A DNA stretch of 55,909 nt, the filler included, from Platydemus manokwari (lineage: Eukaryota), in NCBI GenBank assembly GCA_037951405.1. It is 5 parts of 5 records of this genome, joined end to end, with 100 filler letters (N's around TTAATTAATTAA, not from the genome) between each part and the next. Parts side by side here need not be neighbours in the genome. Positions count along the whole stretch, not along the records: positions 34,609 to 43,957 come from JBBMOY011260874.1; positions 44,058 to 55,909 come from JBBMOY010431110.1; 3 more parts are not named here. One strand, 5' to 3'. A program made the translations under genes and the position numbers. The notes beneath the pieces are model-generated. The model had not been told where the DNA came from, searched no databases, and worked only from the letters and a program-made list of their open reading frames with translations. Of the stretch, positions 39,532-51,849 are shown piece after piece (position 1 is the stretch's first letter; the number at the start of each line of letters is the position of its first letter).

Positions 39532-39879
39532 TTAGCTGCAGCTAAAGTAGCACTTTGTAGGGCTTTAGATTTGATATCAGACTCATCCTTGCGAGCTTTT
39601 TTCTCCGAAATCAGCTGCTGTTCGATTGAGAGACAGTTTTTTTTTTCTTCGTTCAATTTCTTTTCCAATACTTGATTATTCTGTTTTTCAATTTGATATT
39701 TTTGTTGTAAAGACTGAAGTTTGTTTTGAATAGAAGTCAAATCTTGGCGACATTGAGTAAGATCTATTTTTACAGTATTATGTGATTGATTTATCTGTGA
39801 CAATTGATTTCTGAGATCCAATTCGTTGGTACGACTCGTTTGAAGATCTGATTTTAAACGTTTCATGTCTGTCTCAAGT
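39532..39879 (-). CDS. MACO1: Macoilin (TMEM57) - coiled-coil exon
   Basis: aatAG|A CTT..GCT AA|GTtagt, phase 2/2. LETDMKRLKSDLQTSRTNELDLRNQL..LQSL..EKQ..LEKKLNEEK..IEQQLISEKKARKDE matches macoilin RLEQDIKKLKADLQASRQVEQELRSQI. Confidence 0.9.
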
Positions 39880-40013
39880 CTATTCAAAAGGTTAAAAATA
39901 AATAAACAAATTCAATATGATGTGACGACAACGCAATAATTTATATTAATATGCACTTGAAAACATAATGACAATACTAATTTATGATAACTATACAAAC
40001 ATAATTAACAAAC

Positions 40014-40267
40014 TTGGCTATATCGTCTTTACTGTATTTATTACAGTTGAATAATCTATTATTGACTCTATCTGTATTAGCTCCATTGATAGAATTCTTT
40101 TTACTGTGAACAGATGGACCAGAAACGTCAGAAACACAGGTACCGTTACAAAGTGATTTTTGCTGCTTAACATGTCCATTGGAAAGAGATGGCTTGCTTT
40201 GAGTGGATATAGCCCACTGGTTTACATAATCAATGCTATTTGACTGAGATTTAGCAATTACCAAATC
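40014..40267 (-). CDS. MACO1: Macoilin (TMEM57) - internal exon, low-complexity linker
   Basis: ttctAG|GAT..GCC AA|GTttgt, phase 0/2. Splices in frame to the next exon, giving DDIAK-LETDMKRLK. Confidence 0.8.
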
Positions 40268-41778
40268 CTAGAAAACATTTTAGAATTTACTTTATATTCT
40301 ACTAAACGTTAAATAAATTAAAAATCATTAATGTAGACAAACATATATGAAAGGTAAGAAAATTAAGATATCGTTAAATTCATTTAATTTATAGATTTAA
40401 AATAATACAGAAATTCCGAACTTTGGTTAAAATTCGAATTAAATTTGTATAAACAATTTTTTACCCATAACTTTTTTTAATTTACAATTTGCAAATAAAG
40501 TTGTCTATATTATTGTCTATATTGTCTATCATTCCAACTATTTAAAGTAAAAATATTTAAAACGAATTTTTAAATGTTTACAAATATTAAGGGAAATAAA
40601 TTATCAATAATATCTAGTATATAGCTTATAGACTTCGATTCAAAGATATTAAAAGAGGTGAAGATAACCTAATTCAACTGTGCTACGAAAAATCAATAAA
40701 TGCAATTTAAAGAATTCATTTTTGATTCACGTTGTCAATAATTGTCCCTAAATACAATCATAATTTATACAATTCAGTTATCAAATATGCAAATTAAATA
40801 CATAGGCTTTAACAGATAAATTTGTTCCGTCAAAAAATCATCAAACTTATACAAAGAATAAAAACTATTTCAAAAAAGTATTGGATATAATATGAAAACA
40901 AATAATATATGTGGAAAGTCAGAAATAAATAAAAAATATTATTGTTTTCACAAAATAATAATTATACATTATTCAAAATCAAAATCAAGTCAAAAATTGT
41001 ATAAATGATGAAGAGATAAATTATGAATTAAAAATTATATTACTCAAAAGATTTATTTAAGAAATTTTTTCTTTTAAAACAAGATGAAACTTTTTAATGA
41101 CATTATTTTATGTTTATTTATTTTTTGCAATATTATCCTGAGATTACGCTTTTGTTTATTTTGGTAAATTGTTTATAGTTAACTATTATATCAATATTAT
41201 AAAATTTCCTTCAGTAAAATTATTAATTTAATAAACTTAAAAATTTCAAAAATATCATTCAAAAAAATCATTGAGTATATGACGATATTCTGATACAGAA
41301 TTCAAAAGAAACCCTAACAAGTGCTCATTTCCTAAATAATGATATTTTAAAATAACATGTAGTTCAAATTATGGCTGAAATGATTCTGTCATGTATGGAT
41401 AGATCTGACTATTAATGATCACCGCTAATCATGGGGATTAAACCTTATAAATATGATAAAATTCTATCTAATGACTTGAAATAATAAACAATTACAGATT
41501 AAATATAAAATTTCAAATTATGATTATTTTTGAAATTATTTCCTTATTATGTTATTTTATAATAAATGACATTTAGCGTAAAAAATTGCGGCTAAAATAC
41601 AAAAAGTCCCTTTCTTCACAACTTTAAATGTATGACTTCTGACTGTTCAAGTTGTTTGATTCATGCGGTTTTTTAAAATTATGAAAAATGCATACTAATC
41701 GAGAATAAAAAACATGCAAAAAATTCCAGATAACAAAATGAATTTATGAAATCATTAGGAAAAGCAAATATCTCAGTC

Positions 41779-42850
41779 TCAATCGGTGAGATATTCTCCG
41801 CCACAATTGATTACTTCTTTCCACCATTCTGGCAGTTTGTCAATCCCATATTTGAAGAAGCTTGGTGATTTTTGATCGAAAAATTCAATTCACATTGTCA
41901 TTGCTTCTTCGTTTTCAAATGTGAGACCAGAAAGATGGCTCGACATGGAGCGGAAAAGATGAAAATGTGTTGGGGCTAAGTTGGACGAATATGGTGGATG
42001 GGGAAGAACTTCCCAACCAAGCTCTTCAATGACCAACGTTATCATTGTGGTGACATAAGGCCGAGCATTGTCATGCTGTAAAATCATCTACATCTTAATG
42101 ATCTCCTTCATTTTGTTTCCAGTGTTTACTCGCTTGAGTAATTCACAATAAAGTTCGGCATTGATTATTTGGTTTCTTGGCAAGATTTCGTAATGAATAA
42201 CACCAACTTGATCCCATTAAACGCGCAACAAAATTTCCCGTTGGTAAGCATACAGGCACCATTTCTTATCAGCTGTTAGGATCCTGGAAAGGGAAGTTTG
42301 ATGTTGCTGCACAGCAGATCGATGGCGAACGAGTAAAAATGCAGAAATCGAAACACGTTGATTTTTGTGACTTTCTTTGAGAATGTGCGGTACCCATGAT
42401 CCAACCTTTTGAACTTTATCCATTTTCTTGAGTTGTCGAAAAATACTGTTGTCATCACAATCCATGGCTTGTCCAAGTTCTCGTGTAGATTGACGAGGAT
42501 CATCATAAATCAATTGGTTCAAACAGTCTTCACCAAAGTCACCTGATCGGCCTGGCCGAAGTGCATTGTTTAAATTAAAATTTCCACTGTTAAATTTCAA
42601 AAACCACTTTTGTGCTGTTCGTTCACTGACTGCCTTTTCTCCATAAACTCAACAAATCATTCTGGTGGTTTCTGCAGTGTTTAAATGTTTATTAAAATGG
42701 AAAAGGAGTAGATGCCGGAAATGTTCATTTTTATGCACCTGACACTCCATTTTAATTAGGGTAATGAAAGTGAATTATTATAACTCAAATCAGTTAAAAC
42801 TAGAAGTTGGTGTGTTTCCTTTTCAACAAATAACACCGCACGAATTTACT
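41779..42850 (-). mobile_element. Decayed mariner (Tc1/mariner, DD34D-type; mellifera-subfamily-like) transposon; transposase frame 42750-41779
   Basis: MECQVHKNEHFRHLLLFHF..AQKWF.KF.SGNF.L....GR, WVPHIL, ILTADKKW, LQHDNARP, VLPHPPYSSNLAPTHFHLFRS, GEYLTD*. In-frame stops, an internal deletion after KWCLYA, and the first and third catalytic motifs are altered. Lies 5' of the visible macoilin exons (presumably intronic). Confidence 0.93.
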
Positions 42851-43957
42851 AATTCCGAAATAGTATTTTATCAGTAACTTATTTTCAATAAATAATATCT
42901 ATTGAATATCTCAACTATTTAAATCATATAGATCAGTTTCACGACTTCACGGAAATACTATTTATCATTCTTATTACCATGCAGTTTATAAAATAAGTGC
43001 ATATTAATTTAGCAAAATAAATTAAGAAGAAACCTATAATCAAATAAATGTCTGAAAAATAACATTTTTAAAAAGAAAATTTCAAGTCTTAAAAAGAAAA
43101 TCATTTGAATAATTTCCATTATATTTATGCAAAATCTTAGGTTGGAGGAGAACAATGTTGGAAAAAATTGTAACGACTGATACGGATCACCTTATTTTGA
43201 CATTAGTATCAATTTAATTCAGAAATTTGATCATATAAAATTCTGATGACTTGTATTTATTATCAGTAAAAACCAAAACTACTTCTCCCAATAATATAGA
43301 ATTATCAGTGAGAAAATTTCAAAAACATAACTCATCAATTTATAAAATAATAACTCCAATATAAGTGTTCAATGAAAAGTTATTAAAATCACGAATCATT
43401 CTTCATTAGATTAGTTATTTTCAGAGGTATTTTAAGTTTTCTTATATAAAAATATAAATTATTACCAATGGCAACTTTGGATAAGTATTTTCTAAACAGA
43501 TTCTTATTTGTCAATATAAAGTTTACTGATAGAAATATCTTTATTTCTTCCAAATATTTCATAATATTGATATCTGTATTTGTGAATCATTTAGCCGTTA
43601 CATTTTTCTATTTACTAATATACTAACTGAATTTTTAACAATGCACAACATAAACATTTAAAATAGACCCTAGATTTAACGCTACGATTTCAATTTCTTC
43701 GCTTAATTATATAATAATTAATATATAATGCTCATTTCAATTGAAAAATATTTATATTATACAACAGTGTAAAATATATTATTAGATAATGTAAAATTAC
43801 AATAAAATAAAAATAATATTTACAATTATTATAAATGAAAAAACAAGAAACTCCTATGCGAATTAAATAATTCATATGCAAAATGATTAATAAACCGTTT
43901 TTAAACCAAAACAATTAATATTTTTCAAGGAAGCAAATATCTATTAAAAATATATAG

Positions 43958-44057
43958 NNNNNNNNNNNNNNNNNNNNNNNNNNNNNNNNNNNNNNNNNNN
44001 NTTAATTAATTAANNNNNNNNNNNNNNNNNNNNNNNNNNNNNNNNNNNNNNNNNNNN
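43958..44057. other. Artificial contig spacer (44N-TTAATTAATTAA-44N)
   Basis: Same structure as 13250-13349. Genes on both sides lack their 5' exons. Confidence 0.95.
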
Positions 44058-44072
44058 AAAATATTGTTTGTT

Positions 44073-44109
44073 TGTGTGTGTGTGTGTGTGGGTATGAATG
44101 TGGGTGTGT
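44073..44109. repeat. (TG)n microsatellite
   Basis: tgtgtgtgtgtgtgtgtg...tgtgggtgtgtc at the contig start. Confidence 0.8.
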
Positions 44110-44242
44110 CACACAATTATTTGTATGAGTTGAGTTGATGATATGAACGTTTGCTTCTAACCTTTGATTGAAGCAATTAATGTTTAAAAAATTATTAAAA
44201 TTAAATTTAAATAGTATAATAAAATAATGTTACTATTGTTAG

Positions 44243-44424
44243 ATCAATGAAAAAATAACCAGTTTTCCCAAATGCCAATGTTTGGAAACAGTTAAAGTTC
44301 CGGATGTTGAACCTAGTGCTGCTGATGTAGAAATTACTAAGCTTGAAATGGCTGTCAGATCAGCGTTACTTGCTCTTAAATCAGAATTTCAGCCAGTAAC
44401 TAAGGAGATCATTGTCCCCGCAAG
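44243..44424 (+). CDS. TRPM: TRPM channel with NUDT9-homology domain (TRPM_PZQ/MCLZ-like) - cytoplasmic linker exon (first exon visible here)
   Basis: gttAG|ATC..GCA AG|GTtatt. 182 nt open, phase 0/2, compatible with the exon at 47669. Translates INEKITSFPKCQCLETVKVPDVEPSAADVEITKLEMAVRSALLALKSEFQPVTKEIIVPA. Not in the ORF track. Confidence 0.75.
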
Positions 44425-44987
44425 GTTATTGATTTATATATAAGATACTTTTATTAACAGAGTTACTCAAGAAATTAATTAAAACTAAATATATACATAA
44501 AAGATGAAATGAGTTTAAAATTAATTAAAAAGAATCCAAAAAAAATAATAAAAAATAAAATCCAACTATAATTCATTTTGATTTTTCACAACACTCGGTT
44601 TTTTCCACTCTTTATATGAACATTTACTGTTCGTCACTTTGAATTACCTCTGCCTCAACTATGAAATAGTCCATCGCAAATCCTATTTTAGTGATGTCAT
44701 GTGATAATCCTACCATTTTACTGCATTATGTTCGATTTCATCGAAAATGTTTTCTAATATGGAATAAATATTCGGTTTTTGTTAATCTTTTTTAAAATAA
44801 ATAAAATATTTTTTTCCATCAATCCAGCCAATCAAATCTAACCAAATTTCTTAAGGATATTTCATTAAAAATATCAAACGAATCATTGTTAAAGAAAATA
44901 TTTTCCTGGTATTCTGTACATTTTCTGTAATATTTGTATTAAGCGAATATATTTCTAATAATATTTGGATATGTTCTATAAACCATC

Positions 44988-45135
44988 TAAGCCGCTACTA
45001 TTTTATAAAATAAGCATTGAAAACGAATTGCAAAATCACAACACCAATACAATTATTTAAACAATTAAATATAATTTTCTATAAAATTTGAATTAAATCT
45101 TTTTAAGTTTAATTAATTTAAAAATTCTCACAAAC
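44988..45135 (+). repeat. Dispersed repeat starting TGTAARCCGCTACT, copy B
   Basis: TAAGCCGCTACTATTTTATAAAATAAGCATTGAAAACGAATTGCAAAATCACAACAC...AAATTCTCACA. Confidence 0.75.
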
Positions 45136-45716
45136 CACATTAAAAATATCAATCTATTAAAATACATCATAAGAATACATATGAACTAATCGAAATACAA
45201 TTATGCTTTACTTACTTATTTATCATTGAATTATTCACGATTATGTTTTGTAAAAATAAAAATGAATGCTTTTAAATTTCATTTTTTGAATAAATTTTCA
45301 TTTAAGTTTCAAATTATTTTTTTTAAAAATTTATTTAACCGTGTTTAGCATTTTAGAAGCCGAACTTGCTTTGTAGGTCAACTTTAATTACGGATCAAAG
45401 ATATCGCGAGAGACGTTTTAGTGTGGCTGACATTCGAAATTACTTAAATAGATTTATAAATAATCGAAACAATGAACATAGCATTATATTGTTAGGCAAC
45501 AAACTAATTATTTTTCAACAACGAGTCACATTGTAATAGTTTTTTTCTAGAAATTGTCATAATGAATTAAATCTAATCGGTCATATTTGTTTTTTTTTGT
45601 TATAATTCCTAAAATTAATAACTGTTCGTTGAAAAGTGACTATTTGTTTGATAGAGTATTAAATAATTACACAAACGATCCCTCTCAGATTGATTACAAT
45701 AATAAAAGTATAACTA

Positions 45717-47494
45717 TAGCCAGTCCTCGACATTCGTACAATTTAATATTTCGTATTGAATTTAAGAGTTCACATTTTATCGATATGTATCGCGAAATTG
45801 CTCGTCTTTTTACATAATGACTCTCATCTTTTTTTTTAATTATTACGGATTGATTTTCCTTTCTCTCTGACATTGATCACAAGTTCAGTGGATTCATATC
45901 TTCAGTCTTTAATAAGAACTTGGGTTTGTATATTTCATCATGTAAGTTTGTTTTGAGATGTACGCTCTCAGTGTAAGTATATGTATATATAGATTTATTT
46001 ATTTTTTATTATTGATTTAAAAATATGAATGAAAACAGAAACAGTTGTATTATTATGATAAAAAACCAAAGAAATATTGAACAATCGAAAAAAAGATTGG
46101 CATGACTAGACTTTCTGAAACGAATCTTGTGGTTCAATTGATCGTTCGTATGATTTAAATCAATCCAAAATATGATCATTTTTCACGGAAAACAGTATAA
46201 AATTAAGAAATATATTCAAAATTGTGAAAAAATTAATTCATATATTGTTACAAAAGTACATGGTAGAGTAGTAGATGGAATTGGAAAGATATTTAACTTT
46301 ATGGATTGTCCAACCAACATCGAAAGGTATTCCATTAGATCTGTAAATTATTCTTAGCTTGCATGAAGATTAGAAGAAATTATTAAAATAAAATTTTTGC
46401 CTGAATTTACTGTTAGCAAAGGTTGGTTTGATAAATTTCAAATGAGGTCGTGTGGAAATAAAATCAAAGTTACTAAAGAAGCTATCAGCCTAGATAAGAA
46501 TTCTTCCATTTAAATCATGTGAATGATAATGGAACTTATTCATGTTTGCAAAATTTTCAATGCTGACGAAAATGGAATTGTTGAAATTTGGTTGGTGATT
46601 TTAGATTGAAGCTGATTCTCATTTATTAAACAGAAAATCCCACCGCTTTGATTGGAAAGAAAAACGAAAGCTTCCAGTCATTTGGAAATCGAATACTAAA
46701 CCAGGCCTACGGCATGACTTTTTCAAGATATCGGTTCTTACAAAGTTTTGTGCTTGAATGTAAGCCAATTTGTGATGAGAATAATTTAAAACACTATTAT
46801 TCTTAGACAATTACTACCGGTGATTCGAAAATCCCTGAGGAATTTATAACTGGAAAGTAATGTTGAGTGCATTCCTGTCAATACTACAATAACGAAATAC
46901 ATCACAGAGACAATGATTGCTTGTTTTAGATGGTAATAGATGAGGAGACTCAGATCAATTGATAATTAAATGGAGGTTACATTAAAAGATTTTCGGAAAA
47001 AGTTTTAATGTTATATTCGGGATGGTTGGGCTGAAATAAAAGAACAGACAATAAGAGATTGCAGGAAAACATAATGTTTGTTAATAGAAAATGATTCTGA
47101 TAAATAACGCTTTCACTCAGAATCCTTCTCAACTGAAGATTTCATTAAAATATCAAACCTGCTAGCGAAATCATTGTTAAAATATGGATGAAGTCTTTAT
47201 GCATCTTGACAATCCTTAACCATTATTGAAGAATGTAATATCAATGACTCTTTATCAAAAATATGAAATGCAAATAGAATAAAATATAGAGCTTGTCGTC
47301 AAGAAAAAGTAAAGAAAATCACAGTTCAACTATCTTTCAATAAATTTCTAAAATCACTAGTTTCTAATCAATGAGCGCTTATTTATTTTTATATTAATAT
47401 ACTTCTTGTTCAAGATAAATATCTTTACAACACTTTTCTACATTGCTCTACACATTGCAGATGTCGATTTAAGTACTAAAGTCGAGGACGGCTT
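45717..47494 (+). mobile_element. Decayed pogo/Tigger-like (CENP-B/DDE_1) DNA transposon in TRPM intron
   Basis: TIRs: AGCCAGTCCTCGACATTCGTAC (45718-45739) versus the reverse complement of GTACTAAAGTCGAGGACGGCT (47473-47493). Internal remnants EFTVSKGWFDKF (~46403), KIFNADENG (~46550), LPVIWKSN (~46671), ILDN (~46800), PVNTT and KKITVQLSFNKF. Confidence 0.85.
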
Positions 47495-47668
47495 CCTTAG
47501 AAATAGTGAGGAAAACATTCATAAAGTTGCTAAATTTTTCTTCTTGGACTAGAAATAATATTTTGGATACATTCACTGAGATGTAAAATATTCTTAGCTT
47601 CAATGTAGAAATTTTGTTTGAATTTAATCTAATCCATAAATGGTTTTTAAATTGACTTTTTTGTTTAG

Positions 47669-47912
47669 CCCTACTACTAAAGTTGAAGCTGAGGAGTCTG
47701 ACCCGGATGATGCATTAACCTTTGTTTCCAATGATGACACCGGAGATATTAAAAAAGATCCATTTTTTGCACCTCAAGTAGAAGATCCTTCTACTGGTAG
47801 ACTGGTGGAAAGAGTCGTCAACAATCACAGGATATGGAGATATTTACCATTCAATTTCGAACTCTATCCAGGAATGCGTATGAAGGTACCAAATAGCATG
47901 GTTTCCTGGCAG
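47669..47912 (+). CDS. TRPM: TRPM channel NUDT9H region - exon
   Basis: tttAG|C CCT..TGG CAG|GTtgtc, phase 2/0. Ends ...DPSTGRLVERVVNNHRIWRYLPFNFELYPGMRMKVPNSMVSWQ, the start of the NUDT9H cap (cf. NUDT9 H..AR..YPG...VP..KV.W). Confidence 0.88.
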
Positions 47913-49364
47913 GTTGTCTCATTTAATGAAATTAATAAATTTGATTTGATATTTGATTTTTTCAAATCTGTAATGGATTTTTATTTGATGAAAATAGTTT
48001 GAGAATGGCTTGTCACTGGAAAGCTCGTAATTGTATGATGAAATATTCTATCGTGAAAATAATAGAACGACGAAATGATTCGTGAGTTAAATCTCATTCG
48101 TGTACGTGAGATGGCTTGATATCTGTTTTGTGTTATCGTTATGACTAACATTTTAAACAATCCAAAAAACATCATATCAATGTTATAATAATATTTTGTT
48201 TTAATATTTGAATCAAATTTTTGCATTATATATCAGAGAGAAAAAATTGTTTTCGAACAATTATCAAGAAGATCTACAGACTAATTCAGACCGACTTACA
48301 CGGGGGAATTTTATCGCTATCGATTTTAGGGTTTCATTAGAAAGAAAGCATAAGTAATTGTATTGAGATATTCAATACTATTTATCTCAAATGGAACATT
48401 CAAGAAGATAATGACATTTCTAATAATATGTTTCCACATTGTAAACCATCCACGAACTGTCATTCATGATATTTAACATTATTAAAAGCGCCAAAGAAAA
48501 TTGAGATAAATTTTTCGACATACAATATCAGTTGAAATTCTTCTTTCGGAAATTTTAATATAATTTATTTAGGATAATATTGAATGAATAAAAATATGTT
48601 TGATAGATGATGTTCGCTGAAGCAGATTGAAATTGTTTTGTTAAACATTGAGAATGTGCTTGTCAGATTTGCCAAAGCAGATTTCGTTTGTTATAGTATT
48701 TTGCAGCAGTCGTAAACAACTCAAAATGGAATTTGACGACAGAACGGAGCTAGGGCAATTGAAATAAGTGGAAAATAAGTTGTTGTGTGTAAAGATTTCT
48801 AGCATTGAAAGAAACTGCCCAAATCGAATGATTAGAGTATTGTATTATTATTAATATTTTATTGTTCACTGGGGAATCTTTTGTTAATCTACTTAACAAG
48901 AGTTAAAGTAATTATCATTGTTTTAACTGTATATTTTCTTAAGAATCTATATTTAATCAATAATTATTACCCTTTGATTCTAGAACGGCTTGCAGATTTT
49001 TTTTAACTTAAATTTTTTCCTTTTAATATAACTATATTGATTTTGAATTTTCTACGTTGAACTATTTTTACTGAAAACATTTTTAATTTCGATATTATGA
49101 CGAAACATTTTCAAACATAAACAGTTCGAGTATTCGAAAGAATTTACACTACAAAAAGATCAATCTGACAGAGCTTTAAAATATTATTGGTTTTTGAGTA
49201 ATGAATTTTCGTGAGATTTTATGGAGTAAAGAATATAAATTTAGATATGATGTAATGAATTGTTTCAGTTAAATAGGAGATAAAGTAAAAAATAAAAGTA
49301 CTTTTAACATCTAATTCTTAATGTATTTTTGAACGAAAATTTTTTCAGTGTTTATGATTATTGA

Positions 49365-49516
49365 AAGCGGCTACTATTTTATAAAGCGCGCATTGAACAC
49401 CAACTGAAAAGTCTCGACACGAAATTATCTATTAAAAAACAATTATTAAAACAAACTAATATCTTTTGATCTTAATTGATAAAAAAATTTTAAATTAGAA
49501 TTTTTAAATCCTCACA
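49365..49516 (+). repeat. Dispersed repeat starting TGTAARCCGCTACT, copy C
   Basis: AAGCGGCTACTATTTTATAAAGCGCGCATTGAACACCAACTGAAAAGTCTCGACAC...AAATCCTCACA. Confidence 0.75.
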
Positions 49517-49745
49517 TGTTCCTTTATTTAAAATTGATCTTCTGTGTATTCCTTATTATCTCTGGAATAAATTATCTTAATATTTAGCTAAATACGAATA
49601 TTTATTTCTTCTCACTTCTTTAAATCTTCTTTATTTTCCATTTATCATCTCTATATCTTCTCATCGTCTTTGCTATGTCTTCCACCTTTTCTATACGTCT
49701 ATACCATATACCTTCTCAGAATGGAAGCCAGGTGCGTGGTCGTCA

Positions 49746-49900
49746 TGTAAGCCGCTACTCCTTTATAAAGCACACATTGAAAACCAATTGTAAAGTCATG
49801 ACACAAAATTAATTATTTGAAAACAATTATTTAAACAAATTAATATCTTTTGATATTGGTTTATAAAACTTTTTATGTTAAAATTTTGAAATATTCACAA
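49746..49900 (+). repeat. Dispersed repeat starting TGTAARCCGCTACT, copy D
   Basis: TGTAAGCCGCTACTCCTTTATAAAGCACACATTGAAAACCAATTGTAAAGTCATGACAC...AATATTCACA. Confidence 0.75.
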
Positions 49901-51389
49901 TTATCACGCATAATATTTTGATGATATGCTTATGGTGTATTTTTTGGGTTAAATATAGTATTCAGTTTTATTATTATTGGTAAGGAATGACAAGGCATCG
50001 CTTACACTTAATAGTTTTAAATTTTATCGTCGAAATGAACAATAAATCATTAAACGACTTAATTCTCTATAGTCCTTGTGTCGATTTTATGCCGATAATA
50101 ATTTCAAGAATACAACTTATTATTAATCATTATTATAATATAAATATTATTATCTTAGAAAGCTGTCAATGTAGAATCGAACAAATACAAAAAATAAACG
50201 AATATCTAATTAATATATCATTGAAAACAAAACCGGAATTTTCATCAGGTTTACGTCGACATGGAAAAGAAAAACAATTCGCCTTGTAATCAAAATGAAA
50301 AAAACCTACACATTATTAATTCCTAATTGTTAATTCAAACAAAGAATTGTTGTGGAAATAATTTGCCTCATCAGACCCATATTTGATTATTATTTTGCCT
50401 GATATCATAATGATGTAACAATACGTGTCAGAATTTCTTTCGAAGATAATTTCTACTTTTATTGAGTATGAGAAACAAAAACGAAAATTTCAAGAGGACA
50501 ATAAATGATTCAGATTGATTCACAATAGAGATATCTTTAAATATTTATGAAACAATCATTTGAGAAATTATATTTAATATATTTATTATTAAAGTGCACT
50601 CGAAGAAATGTTTCATTTTAATCAAACAAATCGATATTTTTAATATGATTGTAAATATTACATACAGTGGGGATAAATCACTATAAAAGCGTTACGTCAA
50701 TTGGTTTTTATCGTGATGAAATATTTATTGACTTACATTTCAATTGATCCCAATTGTCATCCAGTTGCGTTTATCACTGAGATTGGAATTTAGTGGAAAA
50801 TATGGATATTTTTAAAATATATATATAATATGTCATTTTGTCAATTATTTTTAGATTATTTAATTTATTCCAGCATTTTACATTATAAAAAGTTAGTTTC
50901 AATTTTTAAGCAAAACGAAAAATAAAAGGAATGCGATTGAAATATTATTAATGAATTTCGAACACTATAAGTAGAGATATTTAAAATGGGGGGAGGAGAA
51001 ATATATCCAAAATAAACCAATCCCTTAAATATTTGTTCAATAGGAGTCTGGGTGAAAATCAATGACACATCAATGATATTTCCTATCATATTATTATAAT
51101 GTCAAAATATTATTCCCCAATAGCGAAATTGTGTGATCATCCAGTCCGTGACAACATTATTTTTCAAATGGTGTGTATAAAACCGTTACTGTTTGATGAA
51201 ACATCTATTGAAATCGAACTGAAAATTATATTTAACCGCAATAATTTAAACAAATCACTATTTTTTCATATTAAATATAAATATATAAAAATATAATCCT
51301 TACACTGTAATCTCTGCAGTAATTTAAAATTTCATTTCCAATAATAAATATCGTTATAAGAAAGATAATAATTACTTTAACCGATTTAG

Positions 51390-51475
51390 GTTCCCTATTC
51401 TGATTACAATGCCTTCGATGCTAGTGAGGAAGTTTTAGTTTATCCGAACGAACATTGTCGTGATGCTAATGATCC
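51390..51475 (+). CDS. TRPM: TRPM channel NUDT9H region - small exon
   Basis: tttAG|GTT..GAT CC|GTtagt. 86 nt, phase 0/2, bridging the neighbouring exons. Translates VPYSDYNAFDASEEVLVYPNEHCRDANDP. Not in the ORF track. Confidence 0.85.
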
Positions 51476-51613
51476 GTTAGTATTTCCTTTCTATTAGTTA
51501 TAATGGAAATAGATTTCATATCAAACCTATTTAATGTAATTAATTCAAATAAATTAATTTTATTAAGGCAAATGATCAATCTTCTGTTATAACGAATAAA
51601 ACAATAATAATAA

Positions 51614-51849
51614 CAGGGGTCTCCAAAGTACAGCCCGCGAAGCTTAATATGAAACACACCAACATTATGACAAAATTAAGTGATACACTTATTTATGATA
51701 ATCGCGGTATTTTTAATGATGTTTCAGGGTAATTAATAAAAAATATTTTGGCTAATTTGAGTTTTTTGTAAACCTATCATAAATTTGGCCCTCCAAATTT
51801 TAAAAAATCAGCAATGTGGCCCTTTGCTGAAAAAGTTTGGAGACCCCTG
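51614..51849. mobile_element. Non-autonomous hAT (Charlie-like) MITE in TRPM intron
   Basis: Perfect 14-bp TIR CAGGGGTCTCCAAA / TTTGGAGACCCCTG, subterminal GCCCGCG/GGCCC motifs, and a near 8-bp TSD (ataataac vs ctaataac, allowing loss of one C). Confidence 0.85.

Noticed and set aside
43732-43914. Short I/F/L/Y/N/K-rich ORFs (this one and e.g. 2345-2635, 20552-20740, 20922-21128, 49987-50289, 55541-55768)
   Set aside because: Expected by chance in very AT-rich intronic/intergenic DNA. No motifs or splice support.
50663-51309. TA-CAGTG ... CACTG-TA possible Tc1-type MITE
   Set aside because: The inverted match is only ~7 bp, which is too short to support.
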